From: an uncultured Patescibacteria group bacterium
GTDB lineage: Bacteria > Patescibacteriota > Microgenomatia > UBA1400 > PJMF01
Direction: 5' to 3'
NCBI GenBank assembly: GCA_905478415.1
Contig: CAJQIG010000004.1
Coordinates: 267,523 to 331,522, forward strand
Length of the DNA stretch: 64,000 bases
The notes beneath the pieces are model-generated. The model made no database searches and was not told the origin of the DNA. It was given only the letters and a program-made list of their open reading frames with translations. Positions 31,786-41,171 of the stretch are shown here, piece after piece. The position numbers and the translations under genes were made by a program. How positions within the stretch are numbered: position 1 is the stretch's first letter; each line of letters begins with the position of its first letter.

Positions 31786-32559
31786 CTACTTTGTAGCTAC
31801 GACTATTTTTTCTTCTGAAGATTCTTCCGCAGACTGCTCTTTTTTATACTTATAATCAGAGAAGTTTCTACTCACAATCCTAATAATTAAGAGAATAATA
31901 CTAAATACTAACGACGTAATCACAAACATCTTCTTGCCTGCTGGTAACCCCATAAATATCAAAAATGAGACGACTGGAAGAACCAGTTGCAACCGAACCA
32001 CTTCTGCTTTAGTGACACGATACCTCGAGTAATATGTTGAAAGTGTCTCCATAATGAAGATAAGAATTGATTGAATAAAGTTGAGCGTCAAGTTTGGCTG
32101 ACTCAAATCATACGTACCTAAAAACACCAAGTTATATGGTGTCTCAATCTCAGGCATAAAACTATAGAGCAGATGTAAATCTGCGCCCTCTAGCCCAGTT
32201 TTGAACATTTTCCAGAGCATTAAAGCCAGGGTCACCTGCACAACTAGGGATACGAGTTCAGAAACTAAGACGCTGTTATTTGTTTTGAGCAGCTTCTTTC
32301 GCTCTTTTTCGAGCCCAATGGGATTACTTGCAAAATCTTTTTCAATTTGAGCCAGTTCGGCCATAATTTGACGTCGCTCATGCTCAGTTCGATGTCCCTT
32401 TAAAGAAAGTGGCAACATCAAAATACGAACGATTATAGTAAAAATAATTACGGCAATACCCATGTCTGGGTGGCCATTGGTTACAAAGCTTAACAGCCAA
32501 TAGGTAAACACCAAAATATTCAAAAATGGCTGGTAAATGAGCAGGGTGAAAAGATGCAT
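31786..32559 (-). CDS. yidC: membrane protein insertase YidC/Oxa1 (short, Gram-positive-type form). Start set at the second Met of the listed ORF.
   Basis: YQPFLNILVF...GIAVIIFTIIVRILMLPLSLKG plus multiple C-terminal TM helices, typical of the YidC core. The start was moved because the Met1 region overlaps the upstream ORF. Confidence 0.75.
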   Translation of the reverse strand: MHLFTLLIYQPFLNILVFTYWLLSFVTNGHPDMGIAVIIFTIIVRILMLPLSLKGHRTEHERRQIMAELAQIEKDFASNPIGLEKERKKLLKTNNSVLVSELVSLVVQVTLALMLWKMFKTGLEGADLHLLYSFMPEIETPYNLVFLGTYDLSQPNLTLNFIQSILIFIMETLSTYYSRYRVTKAEVVRLQLVLPVVSFLIFMGLPAGKKMFVITSLVFSIILLIIRIVSRNFSDYKYKKEQSAEESSEEKIVVATK

Positions 32560-32563
32560 GAGG

Positions 32564-32893
32564 TTAACTTTCGAGTTGGGCGTCCTCGTACATAATACCT
32601 TCAACGGTCGAAATAGTCTCTTTGAGAGTGAAAATTAACTCCTGAGAAAGTGCCAACGCCTCGTCATCAGAAAAAATATTTTCGATGGTGATACCTGAAT
32701 CGTCGACAAACTCGTCAATAGCTTCGTTGATCATTTCTCCATATTCATCGATCCATCGTTCTCGCTCTTCAAAAGGAAGCATCTGCACTTCTTCTAAAAT
32801 CTTCTGAATCCCCTTAATTTCACGAACCTTCAAAAATAATCTGAATTTTTTTGAGACCTCTTCTCCAGAGGTGAAAGCTACAGTTCCTGTCAT
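32564..32893 (-). CDS. hypothetical acidic protein (109 aa)
   Basis: Clean ORF upstream of yidC with no recognisable motif. Confidence 0.4.
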   Translation of the reverse strand: MTGTVAFTSGEEVSKKFRLFLKVREIKGIQKILEEVQMLPFEERERWIDEYGEMINEAIDEFVDDSGITIENIFSDDEALALSQELIFTLKETISTVEGIMYEDAQLES

Positions 32894-32973
32894 ATGGGAG
32901 CATTATACTATGTTTTTTGAAACTGTCCCTGAGAGTTTTGTTTTTGCTTGGGCTTCTGAGGAGTTGCTCTGCC

Positions 32974-32988
32974 TGGTATAATAGGGAG
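32974..32988 (+). promoter_or_regulatory. extended -10 promoter (TGgTATAAT) plus Shine-Dalgarno (AGGGAG) for the tsaC-tsaE gene
   Basis: ctgGTATAATagGGAGttcATG. The -10 box is at 32977-32982, the SD at 32983-32988, and the ATG at 32992. Confidence 0.4.
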
Positions 32989-32991
32989 TTC

Positions 32992-34089
32992 ATGCAAATG
33001 CTAGACCTTAGTAACACACCAGTTTCAGAAATAATAGCCACTACTTGCAACGTCTTGCAAAAAGGTGGTCTGGTTATTTTCCCCACAGAAACAACGTATG
33101 GCGCCGGAGTTGATGCTACTAATCCGGCTGCTGTCGAAAAACTATTAGCGTATAAAAGTCGAAGAGAAGGCAAACCTCTTTCTATTGCTGTAACAAATAA
33201 AACTATGGCTTCCGAGTATGTTTTTCTCAATCAACAAGCAGATGCACTTATTGATCAATTTTTACCAGGACCAGTAACGATAGTTTGTAAAGATAAAGGT
33301 GTTGTTTCGCCTGGTGTAGCTTCTGAATTTGGAACGCTTGGCCTTAGAATTCCCGACTACCAATTAATTTTAGATATCTTAGAAACCTACCAAAAACCAA
33401 TAACCGCTACTTCGGCAAACGGCTCCGGTCAAAGACGACCCTACTCTGTAAAGGACCTCCTGGACAATCTTTCGGGAGTTCAGAAAGAAAAAATTGACCT
33501 CATTTTGGATGCCGGTGAACTACCACACAACCAACCATCAACTATTATTGACACCACTTTAGAAACTCCTATCACCTTGAGAGAAGGAAGCACCGCTCTT
33601 GCTCCAAACACCGCTTCACAAACACTTATAACTACAACCGAAGAAGAGACGAAGTCCATAGCTGGAAAACTACTTTTGAAACACTGGACGACCATTCGAG
33701 ATTCGGGCCTGATTATTGCTCTCGATGGCCCCCTGGGAGTTGGTAAAACTGTTTTTACCAAAGGTGTTGCCCAGTTCCTCGGCATCTCTGAAACCATTAC
33801 CTCGCCCACCTACTCCTACATTGAAGAGTATGACTTTACTCGTCACCAAACCAAAGGTCGACTCTATCACGCCGATCTATGGAAAGTTGAAAGCCCTGAA
33901 GAAACACAACGACTTGGATTTGAGGATCTACTGAAACCAAAAACTGTCACTGTTATCGAGTGGTTTTCTATCACTGCAGAGCACATTCAAAAACTGGCAC
34001 AAAAACGAACTATCCCCATCATGCATATCACGCTTTCAGAAGATGGTACCAAACGAATCTTACAAATAACTGACACTAAACACTCATGA
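32992..34089 (+). CDS. tsaC-tsaE: fusion protein: threonylcarbamoyl-AMP synthase (TsaC/YrdC/Sua5 domain) fused to tRNA t6A ATPase TsaE (YjeE)
   Basis: The N-terminal YrdC fold contains VIFPTETTYGAGVDATNPAAVEKLLAYKSRREGKPLSIAV. The C-terminal TsaE P-loop is ALDGPLGVGKTVFTKGVAQFLG...SPTYSYIEEY. The ATG at 32992 was preferred over the TTG at 32917, which would add a signal-peptide-like extension. Confidence 0.8.
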   Translation: MQMLDLSNTPVSEIIATTCNVLQKGGLVIFPTETTYGAGVDATNPAAVEKLLAYKSRREGKPLSIAVTNKTMASEYVFLNQQADALIDQFLPGPVTIVCKDKGVVSPGVASEFGTLGLRIPDYQLILDILETYQKPITATSANGSGQRRPYSVKDLLDNLSGVQKEKIDLILDAGELPHNQPSTIIDTTLETPITLREGSTALAPNTASQTLITTTEEETKSIAGKLLLKHWTTIRDSGLIIALDGPLGVGKTVFTKGVAQFLGISETITSPTYSYIEEYDFTRHQTKGRLYHADLWKVESPEETQRLGFEDLLKPKTVTVIEWFSITAEHIQKLAQKRTIPIMHITLSEDGTKRILQITDTKHS

Positions 34090-35150
34090 AAGCACAGCCG
34101 CTCATTCTAGCTATTGATACTTCATGCGATGATACTTCTGCCGCAGTAGTTTCTGGACGGGTCATCCTATCAAATGTCATTGCTTCTCAGGTGGAGCTGC
34201 ACAAACCGTATGGTGGTGTCTTTCCAACAGTAGCTAAACAAGCCCACAAAGAGAACATTGCTCGAGTAATCAAGACAGCACTGTCCCAAGCACAGACACA
34301 ACCATCAGAGCTAGCTGCTGTGGCCTTTACCGCTGGTCCAGGACTAGCTCCAGCTCTCGAAGTGGGCATTACTGCCGCCCGAAAGTTTGCACAAACGCAT
34401 AACTTACCACTTATTCCCGTTAACCACATCGAAGGACACACCCTTTCTTGCCTCGCACTGCCTAAAACAAAACTTGGCGTTCACGTGTCAGAACCTCAGA
34501 CCCCAGCCCTGGCTATTATTGTCAGTGGTGGCCATACACAATTCATAGCTATTAACCAAATCGGTGAGTACGAGATTGTCGGGACAACGCTCGACGATGC
34601 AGCTGGAGAGTGCCTTGATAAAGTTGGTCGAATGCTGAATCTTGGCTATCCTGCTGGAGCAACTATCGAAACCTTTGCCAAACAAGGAAACCCGAAGTCT
34701 ATCACCTTTCCTCTGCCGATGACAGCCAGTGGTGACTTCAACATGAGCTTTTCTGGTCTTAAAACCTTTGCTCGCAATACTCTCGAAGAGAACACGAAGG
34801 TGACACCACTTAAAAAACAAGAGGTTTTTGACTTCTGTGCATCGATACAATACTCGGTATTTCGGCATATTATGCATAAAATGAATAAGCTTTTAAAAGA
34901 ACGCACTTTCCAAGAAGTTTGGCTCGGTGGAGGCGTTGCTTCCAACATCACCTTGCGCCGAATGATACGCGAAACTATCAAACCCCACGGTCTAAAACTC
35001 AAAGTTCCCTATACCCGAAGACTCAACATGGATAATGCTGCCATGATTGGCGTAGTCGCCAGCTATAAACTTGCAAAAAAACAAACGGTCATGAATACTG
35101 AAACTATAGATCGAAAACCGAGATGGAGTATTGGAACAACCTATGATTGA
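34086..35150 (+). CDS. tsaD: tRNA N6-adenosine threonylcarbamoyltransferase TsaD (Kae1/Gcp family)
   Basis: ILAIDTSCDDTSAAVV...HKPYGGVFP...FTAGPGLAPALEVG...NHIEGH. Its start overlaps the tsaC-tsaE stop (ATGA). Confidence 0.9.
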   Translation: MKAQPLILAIDTSCDDTSAAVVSGRVILSNVIASQVELHKPYGGVFPTVAKQAHKENIARVIKTALSQAQTQPSELAAVAFTAGPGLAPALEVGITAARKFAQTHNLPLIPVNHIEGHTLSCLALPKTKLGVHVSEPQTPALAIIVSGGHTQFIAINQIGEYEIVGTTLDDAAGECLDKVGRMLNLGYPAGATIETFAKQGNPKSITFPLPMTASGDFNMSFSGLKTFARNTLEENTKVTPLKKQEVFDFCASIQYSVFRHIMHKMNKLLKERTFQEVWLGGGVASNITLRRMIRETIKPHGLKLKVPYTRRLNMDNAAMIGVVASYKLAKKQTVMNTETIDRKPRWSIGTTYD

Positions 35151-35803
35151 TCTGTTTGGCAGACGCCGAAGGCAAGAAGCAGCTGCTCAATTACAAGCTC
35201 TTGAACAAGAGAAACAGGATGTTGAACAATATGCACCACAGGTTGCAAAACTCAAGATTTCGGGTAACAGATTCCATTCGACAAATAGAATTTTTTGAAA
35301 CCCCGCACGGGGTATCAGTCACTGCTGGTTGTGACGTTGGCTATCAAGCCCATGAGCGCCGTAACACCCCTAATCAGGACCGTGTAGTGGTCGATCCAAA
35401 GCGTGAGCGATTTGTTGTTATTGATGGCATAGGCGGCTCAGAAGAGGGAGAAAAAGCAGCATCTCTTGGAAGAATCATTCACTCAACCAAACTCTAGTAT
35501 CAACTCCGCAGTAGAAACCGCATAAGAACAACTTGCAGAACAGAGGTGAAACCAGGTTTCCGAGTCATCCTCATGAGTGATGGCATTGCGGATAACCTCA
35601 ACCGAGAAGAAATCGAAAAGCTAATTGCTGGCAAAACCCAAGAAGAAGCCTTCATGATCCTTGCAAAAATTACTACTGAACGCATGCAAAATGAACCCAC
35701 AATTGCTGCTGAAGAACCTGCTGCAGATCAAAACTATTCAGACGTATTCTACCAAAGGCCTAAGCAGGATAATCGGGGGTTGGTGGTTTTTGATGTGGCT
35801 TAG
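35147..35803 (+). pseudogene. PP2C-family Ser/Thr phosphatase-like gene interrupted by a single in-frame TAG (35495-35497)
   Basis: ORFs 35147..35497 and 35546..35803 are in the same frame, separated only by one TAG. Motifs are RRNTPNQDRVVVD...VVIDGIGGSEEGEKAAS upstream and ILMSDGIADNL ... DNRGLVVFDV downstream. The start overlaps the tsaD stop. Confidence 0.45.
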
Positions 35804-35877
35804 CTGTTCTATAGGTAAATTCGGTACAAAAAAGGGAGGCTATTGCCTCCCTTTAATCATATTCTCATATTTGAGTA

Positions 35878-36177
35878 TTACTCTTGAGCTTTCTCCATTG
35901 CCCAAGATAGATCTTCATACGCATTCTTTGCAGTCTTTGTGATAGCAGCATCCATTTCACTCTCAACCATATCCATTTGGTCTCCAATATCTGAGTCAAG
36001 CTCCGCATAAGCCTTTGCTAACAATTCGTTGTCAGCTGCAGAGTCTTCGAGCTCTTGCTCTAAACGATCTGCATCTTCGCTACTCATCTCATCAGGATAC
36101 TTATTAAGTATTCCCATTATCTCCTCATCTTGTAGCTGCTCAGCTTCCATTTGATCTAGTAAATCTTGCTTTTTCAT
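35878..36177 (-). CDS. hypothetical highly acidic protein (99 aa)
   Basis: Asp/Glu-rich sequence with predicted helices. First of three co-oriented low-complexity genes. Confidence 0.45.
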   Translation of the reverse strand: MKKQDLLDQMEAEQLQDEEIMGILNKYPDEMSSEDADRLEQELEDSAADNELLAKAYAELDSDIGDQMDMVESEMDAAITKTAKNAYEDLSWAMEKAQE

Positions 36178-36202
36178 AAATATACTTCCTTTATTACCTT
36201 AC

Positions 36203-36955
36203 TTAATTAAATGTAGCTACACCACGAACTTTTCGTAATATATTTGCAGTTCCTCTAGTTAACCTTCCTCTGCTATCAGCTTTCGATTGTGCTGAAGCAA
36301 ATGTTTCCTGCATCTTTTGAAGTCCTGCTACTTTTCTTTCTGTTGCAGCCAACATTGCACCGGTCTTTAAGACATCTGCACTGCTAACATCTGCATCAGG
36401 AATGTTTCCAATAGCTTTCTTTGCTTCTCGCTTTGCGTCTTGAAGTTCTTTGAGAGCACCTTTAACTTTTCCGCTATACTCTTCAGCCTTTGTACCAAGT
36501 CTACTAGCGGTACTATCAACTGTTCCATCAAGCTTAGCTGCCCAAGCATCTGTTTTATTATCTACCCAACCATCAGCTGCTGCCAATGTGTCATAAGCCT
36601 TGGCTGGTAAATCTGCAATCCAATCCTGAAGACGCTCTTTATTCTTAACATCTTTGTCATGGAACGTTTTAACACCCTCTACTGCTGCTTTACCCGTATC
36701 TACTACAGTATCTTTTGCATTCCTTGCCGCATCTTTTGCATTTTGAATACCTGTGGAAATGGCTTCGCCCATATTGCTGACAGCGGCTCTTTTATCTGCC
36801 CACCACTGTTGTCTAGCGGCTGCTTTTTCAGCTTTTTCCTTATCCTTTGCAGCTCTTCTCTCTGCAATATTTTTTCTAATTTCAGCTGCCTTTGCGAGCT
36901 TTGCATCTGCACCTACAAGTGTTTGTTCTGGCGCTGGACTTTGACCTTCGTTCAT
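36203..36955 (-). CDS. hypothetical Ala/Lys/Asp-rich helical protein (250 aa; apolipoprotein/LEA/phasin-like composition)
   Basis: Repetitive amphipathic A/K/D/E-rich sequence (AKDAARNAKDTVVDTGKAAVEGVK...) with no TM helix. Confidence 0.5.
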   Translation of the reverse strand: MNEGQSPAPEQTLVGADAKLAKAAEIRKNIAERRAAKDKEKAEKAAARQQWWADKRAAVSNMGEAISTGIQNAKDAARNAKDTVVDTGKAAVEGVKTFHDKDVKNKERLQDWIADLPAKAYDTLAAADGWVDNKTDAWAAKLDGTVDSTASRLGTKAEEYSGKVKGALKELQDAKREAKKAIGNIPDADVSSADVLKTGAMLAATERKVAGLQKMQETFASAQSKADSRGRLTRGTANILRKVRGVATFN

Positions 36956-36966
36956 ATTTCTCCTTA

Positions 36967-37503
36967 CTAATTACTACTTAAATTCTTACGCTGTCTAATC
37001 TTGTCTAAAAATGACTGAATTCCAGAAACTGTTGACGATTGTTGGGGTGCCACTGGTGCTGCCTGAGGTGGTTGTGGCATTGTAGCTGCTGCGACAGGAG
37101 CTGCTGGAGCTGCCCCTCCCATTGCTATCAACGCATCGACACTAGAGTGATCTGTGGCTCGAGGACCGCGTTGACTCAAGTTTGCCAATTCTTTCAGATA
37201 GTCCCCATTACTGGGCATCGTAGCTGGAGCTGGTGTCATAGCAGGATTTACACTACCAAAATCGTTCAGCAATTGGTCAACAGCTGAGTTATTGGTCTGA
37301 TGAGCATCTGCTTTCGCCAATGAAGCCAAAGTATCCAGTGATGCTTGCACATCACTAGTGTTCCCCATAACTGGAGCTTGTGAAACTTCAGTGCGAACTG
37401 GAGCACTTCCACCCATTTGAGCTGCGACTTGGCGGGCGACTTCTTCCGTAATGTACGCTTCTAAATCAGCTCTGAAGCGACTGAAAGCTTGTTGTAAATC
37501 CAT
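36967..37503 (-). CDS. hypothetical Ala/Pro/Gln-rich protein (178 aa)
   Basis: Low-complexity APAAPVAAATMPQPPQAAPVAPQQ tract. Same strand and composition bias as its neighbours. Confidence 0.5.
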   Translation of the reverse strand: MDLQQAFSRFRADLEAYITEEVARQVAAQMGGSAPVRTEVSQAPVMGNTSDVQASLDTLASLAKADAHQTNNSAVDQLLNDFGSVNPAMTPAPATMPSNGDYLKELANLSQRGPRATDHSSVDALIAMGGAAPAAPVAAATMPQPPQAAPVAPQQSSTVSGIQSFLDKIRQRKNLSSN

Positions 37504-37656
37504 ATGCTTCCTTACTATTGATATAGTATGTTCTATTTATATATGTTTTGATTAGATTGATACAGCAACCAAAACGTATTTCTTTCCTAAGTATAGCTAC
37601 TTGCCAATATCTTGCCAAGTAGCTATTTTATTTTTACGAACAATTTACTACCACTA

Positions 37657-39861
37657 CTATATTGGACAGGCTCCGCTCTCACACTTTAAGTGCTCAAAAT
37701 CGATGTCTTCCATAATAGTTTCGTCCTTTTCTATTTCGTCCAGAACCTTCATAAACTCACTGGTGGTAACTGGCTGCTCTGGTTGATACTCATACGCAGT
37801 AGCATCTTGCTGTGGCATCACACTACAACATTTAATATCTCCCTGGTACTTATGAACCATCTCAGTGAAGTTCTTGTAACTCACTTTCTTAGGATTGTAC
37901 TTAAGCGTGTACGAAACTTGATTACCAGTATCTTCGAGTGGCTTACCTTCTTCGTCGATACCCACAATCCAGTACTTCTCAAGTAACATTAACCATTTGT
38001 ACTGTTCTTCAGGAGTTGCTTCAGCAGCAGTCACTAACTCACCATTCATCCCAATTCGACAAATAAGTGGCTGAGTTGGGAAACCAACTGCAGTTGAACC
38101 CTGATAACTTTTTAGAACCTTAACTGGATACCCTTTTTGCTTGTAGCGTTTGACCATTGGATCATCACTGCGATACTGCACCCAGCGAATATACTCGCGC
38201 ATACTTGGCAGATGAGCTCCTTCTGTCAGAGCAAATAATTTTGAAATCGTGCCTGAAGGCTTAATGGTAGTATTTGTATGAGGTACGTTAACACCTAGTT
38301 TTTTAGAGTACTCTTCGGCTTCCTCAACGACTGCTCGTTTAAATCGAGCCATAGTCTGCCAAAAATCTTGAGCTTTTTCTTCGTCGATAACATCACGGAA
38401 GGCATACCCAAACATATTCCAAGCAAACTCATGAATACCAGTCATCCCAACACCAATTCTGTTCGTTCGTTTAACTTCTCGAGAGTACAGACAGTCCATT
38501 GAGTTAACACGAATCAGAGCTCGAGCCATAGCCCGGAATGCTTCTTCGGCATCATCCAAAGTTGGGCAGTAGTAAGGAACCACATCGCCAATAACACAGT
38601 AGCCACCCAGCATATTCAAAGAAATCTCGCCACAAGGATTTGGGATCTGAGCATAGACTTTGGCACCAGCATTTCGAGCTAGCTTAGCCAGCATCTTTTC
38701 ACTGTGCTTCATTGGTTTGTATTTTTCACTTTCAGCATATTTACCATCTTGGTAACCATCATAGCCTTCATCATTCTGAACAAGTCTGTGCTGGTTAATA
38801 AACCCTGGTTCACCGGTCCCGTCTTCGTACGAAGCTTTCATAATAGCTTCAAGAACTTTTTTGGCATGGTTGCTGCGTTGCTTCCAAAACTTATCATCTA
38901 CAGCTACAGAGTTGTTTGCGCTCCACAAAAAGCCGCCTCGTTTGAGGTTAATAAAATCAAATACCTCTGGATCACTCCAAGTCTTTGTAGCAATACGAGC
39001 GCTGCGGCGAGCACCACCAACCAAGACACACTCGGCTAAGTAGTGATCAACAAACATAGCTTGTCTCCAAGGAGACATACCGGCTCCCTTAACTGTAGCT
39101 AACTTAATTATCGCATTCATAAGTGGTTTAGGACCGGAAGATGGTCTATCCTGCATACCTTTGATTGGACTTCCTTTTGGTCTGACTTTACTGAAATCTA
39201 AAATCAACAGGTCATCTTTATGTTTTCTGTCAAACGCCATCATCTCAACCATCTCAACAGCCTGAGCCCATCCTTCTCGACTATCAGGTACTTCAAACCA
39301 GTGGATAGCATCGTCATCACCATACTTATGTTTGGCATCTCGCAGGCTTTCATCAACCCCCCACTCAAAATCGGCATGATCAGCATCAATCACACAACGG
39401 ACGTTCGGCATGTTATCCCAATCGACCACACACATATCGTCGTCATAGGCTCTCCCAACTCCTGAGCCATTCATTAAGAGGTAAAAAAGGATAAAAGATG
39501 AAGAAGCAGTACTACAGTTAGTAAAGACCTCCATATTGCGACTTGGTTGCGTTTCATCCCCATGTTGTAAGTGACGTCCACTCATTAACATTGAGGCGTT
39601 TGAAATATGCTTTTTGAGAAGCTGATACTCTTCTTCCTGGTGTTTTTTACCAATACCCTTGAAGTTTTTTACCAAAGCGGTATTTCCTCGAGCAACTCTA
39701 TCAGCAACCTCAGGCCACTTTTCCCAACGCTCATGGTTAGTTTTTTCGTCAACGACCTTTCTCAGGTAGGTTCTGCGCGCAACGGCTTTGCCCATTCCCT
39801 GATCAAGTTTTCGCTCGATAAATCTCATTTTTTTCTTTGGTAAGGCAGCTTTTGGTGACAT
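37657..39861 (-). CDS. nrdJ: ribonucleotide reductase, class II (adenosylcobalamin-dependent), NrdJ-like
   Basis: Active-site NPCGEISL motif, and a C-terminal redox Cys pair (CESGAC). 734 aa with no adjacent beta subunit. Located directly downstream of nrdR. Confidence 0.75.
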   Translation of the reverse strand: MSPKAALPKKKMRFIERKLDQGMGKAVARRTYLRKVVDEKTNHERWEKWPEVADRVARGNTALVKNFKGIGKKHQEEEYQLLKKHISNASMLMSGRHLQHGDETQPSRNMEVFTNCSTASSSFILFYLLMNGSGVGRAYDDDMCVVDWDNMPNVRCVIDADHADFEWGVDESLRDAKHKYGDDDAIHWFEVPDSREGWAQAVEMVEMMAFDRKHKDDLLILDFSKVRPKGSPIKGMQDRPSSGPKPLMNAIIKLATVKGAGMSPWRQAMFVDHYLAECVLVGGARRSARIATKTWSDPEVFDFINLKRGGFLWSANNSVAVDDKFWKQRSNHAKKVLEAIMKASYEDGTGEPGFINQHRLVQNDEGYDGYQDGKYAESEKYKPMKHSEKMLAKLARNAGAKVYAQIPNPCGEISLNMLGGYCVIGDVVPYYCPTLDDAEEAFRAMARALIRVNSMDCLYSREVKRTNRIGVGMTGIHEFAWNMFGYAFRDVIDEEKAQDFWQTMARFKRAVVEEAEEYSKKLGVNVPHTNTTIKPSGTISKLFALTEGAHLPSMREYIRWVQYRSDDPMVKRYKQKGYPVKVLKSYQGSTAVGFPTQPLICRIGMNGELVTAAEATPEEQYKWLMLLEKYWIVGIDEEGKPLEDTGNQVSYTLKYNPKKVSYKNFTEMVHKYQGDIKCCSVMPQQDATAYEYQPEQPVTTSEFMKVLDEIEKDETIMEDIDFEHLKCESGACPI

Positions 39862-39880
39862 AGTGTAGTTCTTTCCTTAG

Positions 39881-40348
39881 TTACGAATTTTCGTCAATAT
39901 CTTCTATTAATCGTTGTATTTCTTCTTGAAAATCCTCTAGACTTCCAAAATCTCGATACACACTTGCAAACAACAAGTAAGAAAGTTTATCAACTTTCTT
40001 GAGTCGGTTGATAACAAGGTTACCGACTTCCCAACTCTTAACTTCGCTGGTCTTTTTAAGACGCAGCTTACGTTCCACATCATTGAGAAGCTCCTCGATA
40101 TCTGCCATAGAAACAGGACGCTTCCAGGTAGCCTTCACAATTCCTCGCTTGAGCTTTTCACGATCGAAAGGCACTCGAGCTCCATCCTTCTTAATCACTT
40201 TAAGGTCAATGCCTTCAACTCGCTCATAAGTAGTAAACCGTTTGCCACAAGAGTTGCACAGGCGGCGGCGACGAATCGTGCTTTGCTCTTCGGCCTCACG
40301 AGAATCAATCACATTGGTATCTGGTTTTAAACAGTAGGGACACTTCAT
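39881..40348 (-). CDS. nrdR: transcriptional repressor NrdR (zinc ribbon plus ATP cone)
   Basis: MKCPYC...CNSCGKRF zinc ribbon followed by an ATP-cone region (VIKKDGARVPFDREKL...). Confidence 0.9.
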   Translation of the reverse strand: MKCPYCLKPDTNVIDSREAEEQSTIRRRRLCNSCGKRFTTYERVEGIDLKVIKKDGARVPFDREKLKRGIVKATWKRPVSMADIEELLNDVERKLRLKKTSEVKSWEVGNLVINRLKKVDKLSYLLFASVYRDFGSLEDFQEEIQRLIEDIDENS

Positions 40349-40452
40349 ACTTACTTTCTAACTTTTGTAACCACATTTTGTATGCAATCTCCACAAAAGT
40401 TCCTGTAGACCATCATCTTTTTACTAGCAGTTGTATATACTCCCATATAAAA

Positions 40453-40468
40453 CCACAACATCTAGTGG
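40453..40468. promoter_or_regulatory. candidate NrdR box (CCACAACATCTAGTGG) upstream of nrdR-nrdJ
   Basis: 16-bp partial palindrome that matches 12/16 positions of the acaCwAtATaTwGtgt NrdR-box consensus, about 105 bp upstream of the nrdR start. Confidence 0.3.
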
Positions 40469-40574
40469 TTAAGTAAATGACGGATCTAAAGAATCTCACA
40501 AAATAAGGGATCGTGTCAACTGTAACAAAAGAGACCAAAAAAATAGATCACTGTGGGATAGAAATAAGTGCTTT

Positions 40575-41087
40575 TTATTGAAGAAATGACTCGCTCTCGG
40601 CAATGAGTGTTTGTAATACCATCTGCTCATCATCCGAGTAGTACTCTTGAATCTGTATAAGCTGGTCTGTTTGTTGTCGAAGACTTGAAGTAATTTCTTC
40701 CATACAGCTTTCTTCAAGACCTAGTTGTCGTGCCTCAAGAGCGGCGGTCAATAAATATTTTTGGGCTTTTGTGGCTGTTGAAAGCGCTGTACTGTATTTT
40801 TCCTTCGCAATCAGCCTTCGTGCATAGTGCATCCGTTGTGTAGCATAGGTAATTCGCAAATGAATTCTGTCTTTTGGTTGAGCAATTTCTAAGAGAACTC
40901 TGTCCTTAGCCATTAAAAGTGGGTATAAAGCATGGTCCGGTAATACTTCACTTTTGAAATACATCTCTCGCCGACTAGCCTGATTGCCTTGTGACTGTAC
41001 TTGAGAAGCAGCTACTAAAGAAATCCCCACTAAACTAACACCAAAAAGGATGGCTGCAACCGAGACAATAACTTGAACGTGCTTCAT
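40575..41087 (-). CDS. hypothetical secreted/membrane-anchored helical protein (170 aa)
   Basis: N-terminal signal/TM (IVSVAAILFGVSLVGISLVAA) followed by helical sequence. No motif recognised. Confidence 0.5.
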   Translation of the reverse strand: MKHVQVIVSVAAILFGVSLVGISLVAASQVQSQGNQASRREMYFKSEVLPDHALYPLLMAKDRVLLEIAQPKDRIHLRITYATQRMHYARRLIAKEKYSTALSTATKAQKYLLTAALEARQLGLEESCMEEITSSLRQQTDQLIQIQEYYSDDEQMVLQTLIAESESFLQ

Positions 41088-41171
41088 ATACTTGTTCTCT
41101 CATCAAAAAAGGTACTATATCAAAAAAAACGCCAAACTAAAGAGTCAATCTACACCCTACAAAAGTTTTCT

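Noticed and set aside
32917-32991. TTG start at 32917 giving the TsaC-TsaE protein a 25-aa hydrophobic, signal-peptide-like extension
   Set aside because: TsaC and TsaE are cytoplasmic. An extended -10 (TGGTATAAT) and AGGGAG Shine-Dalgarno sit inside this extension, correctly spaced for the ATG at 32992. The same applies to the TTG start at 46911 for the second PBP.
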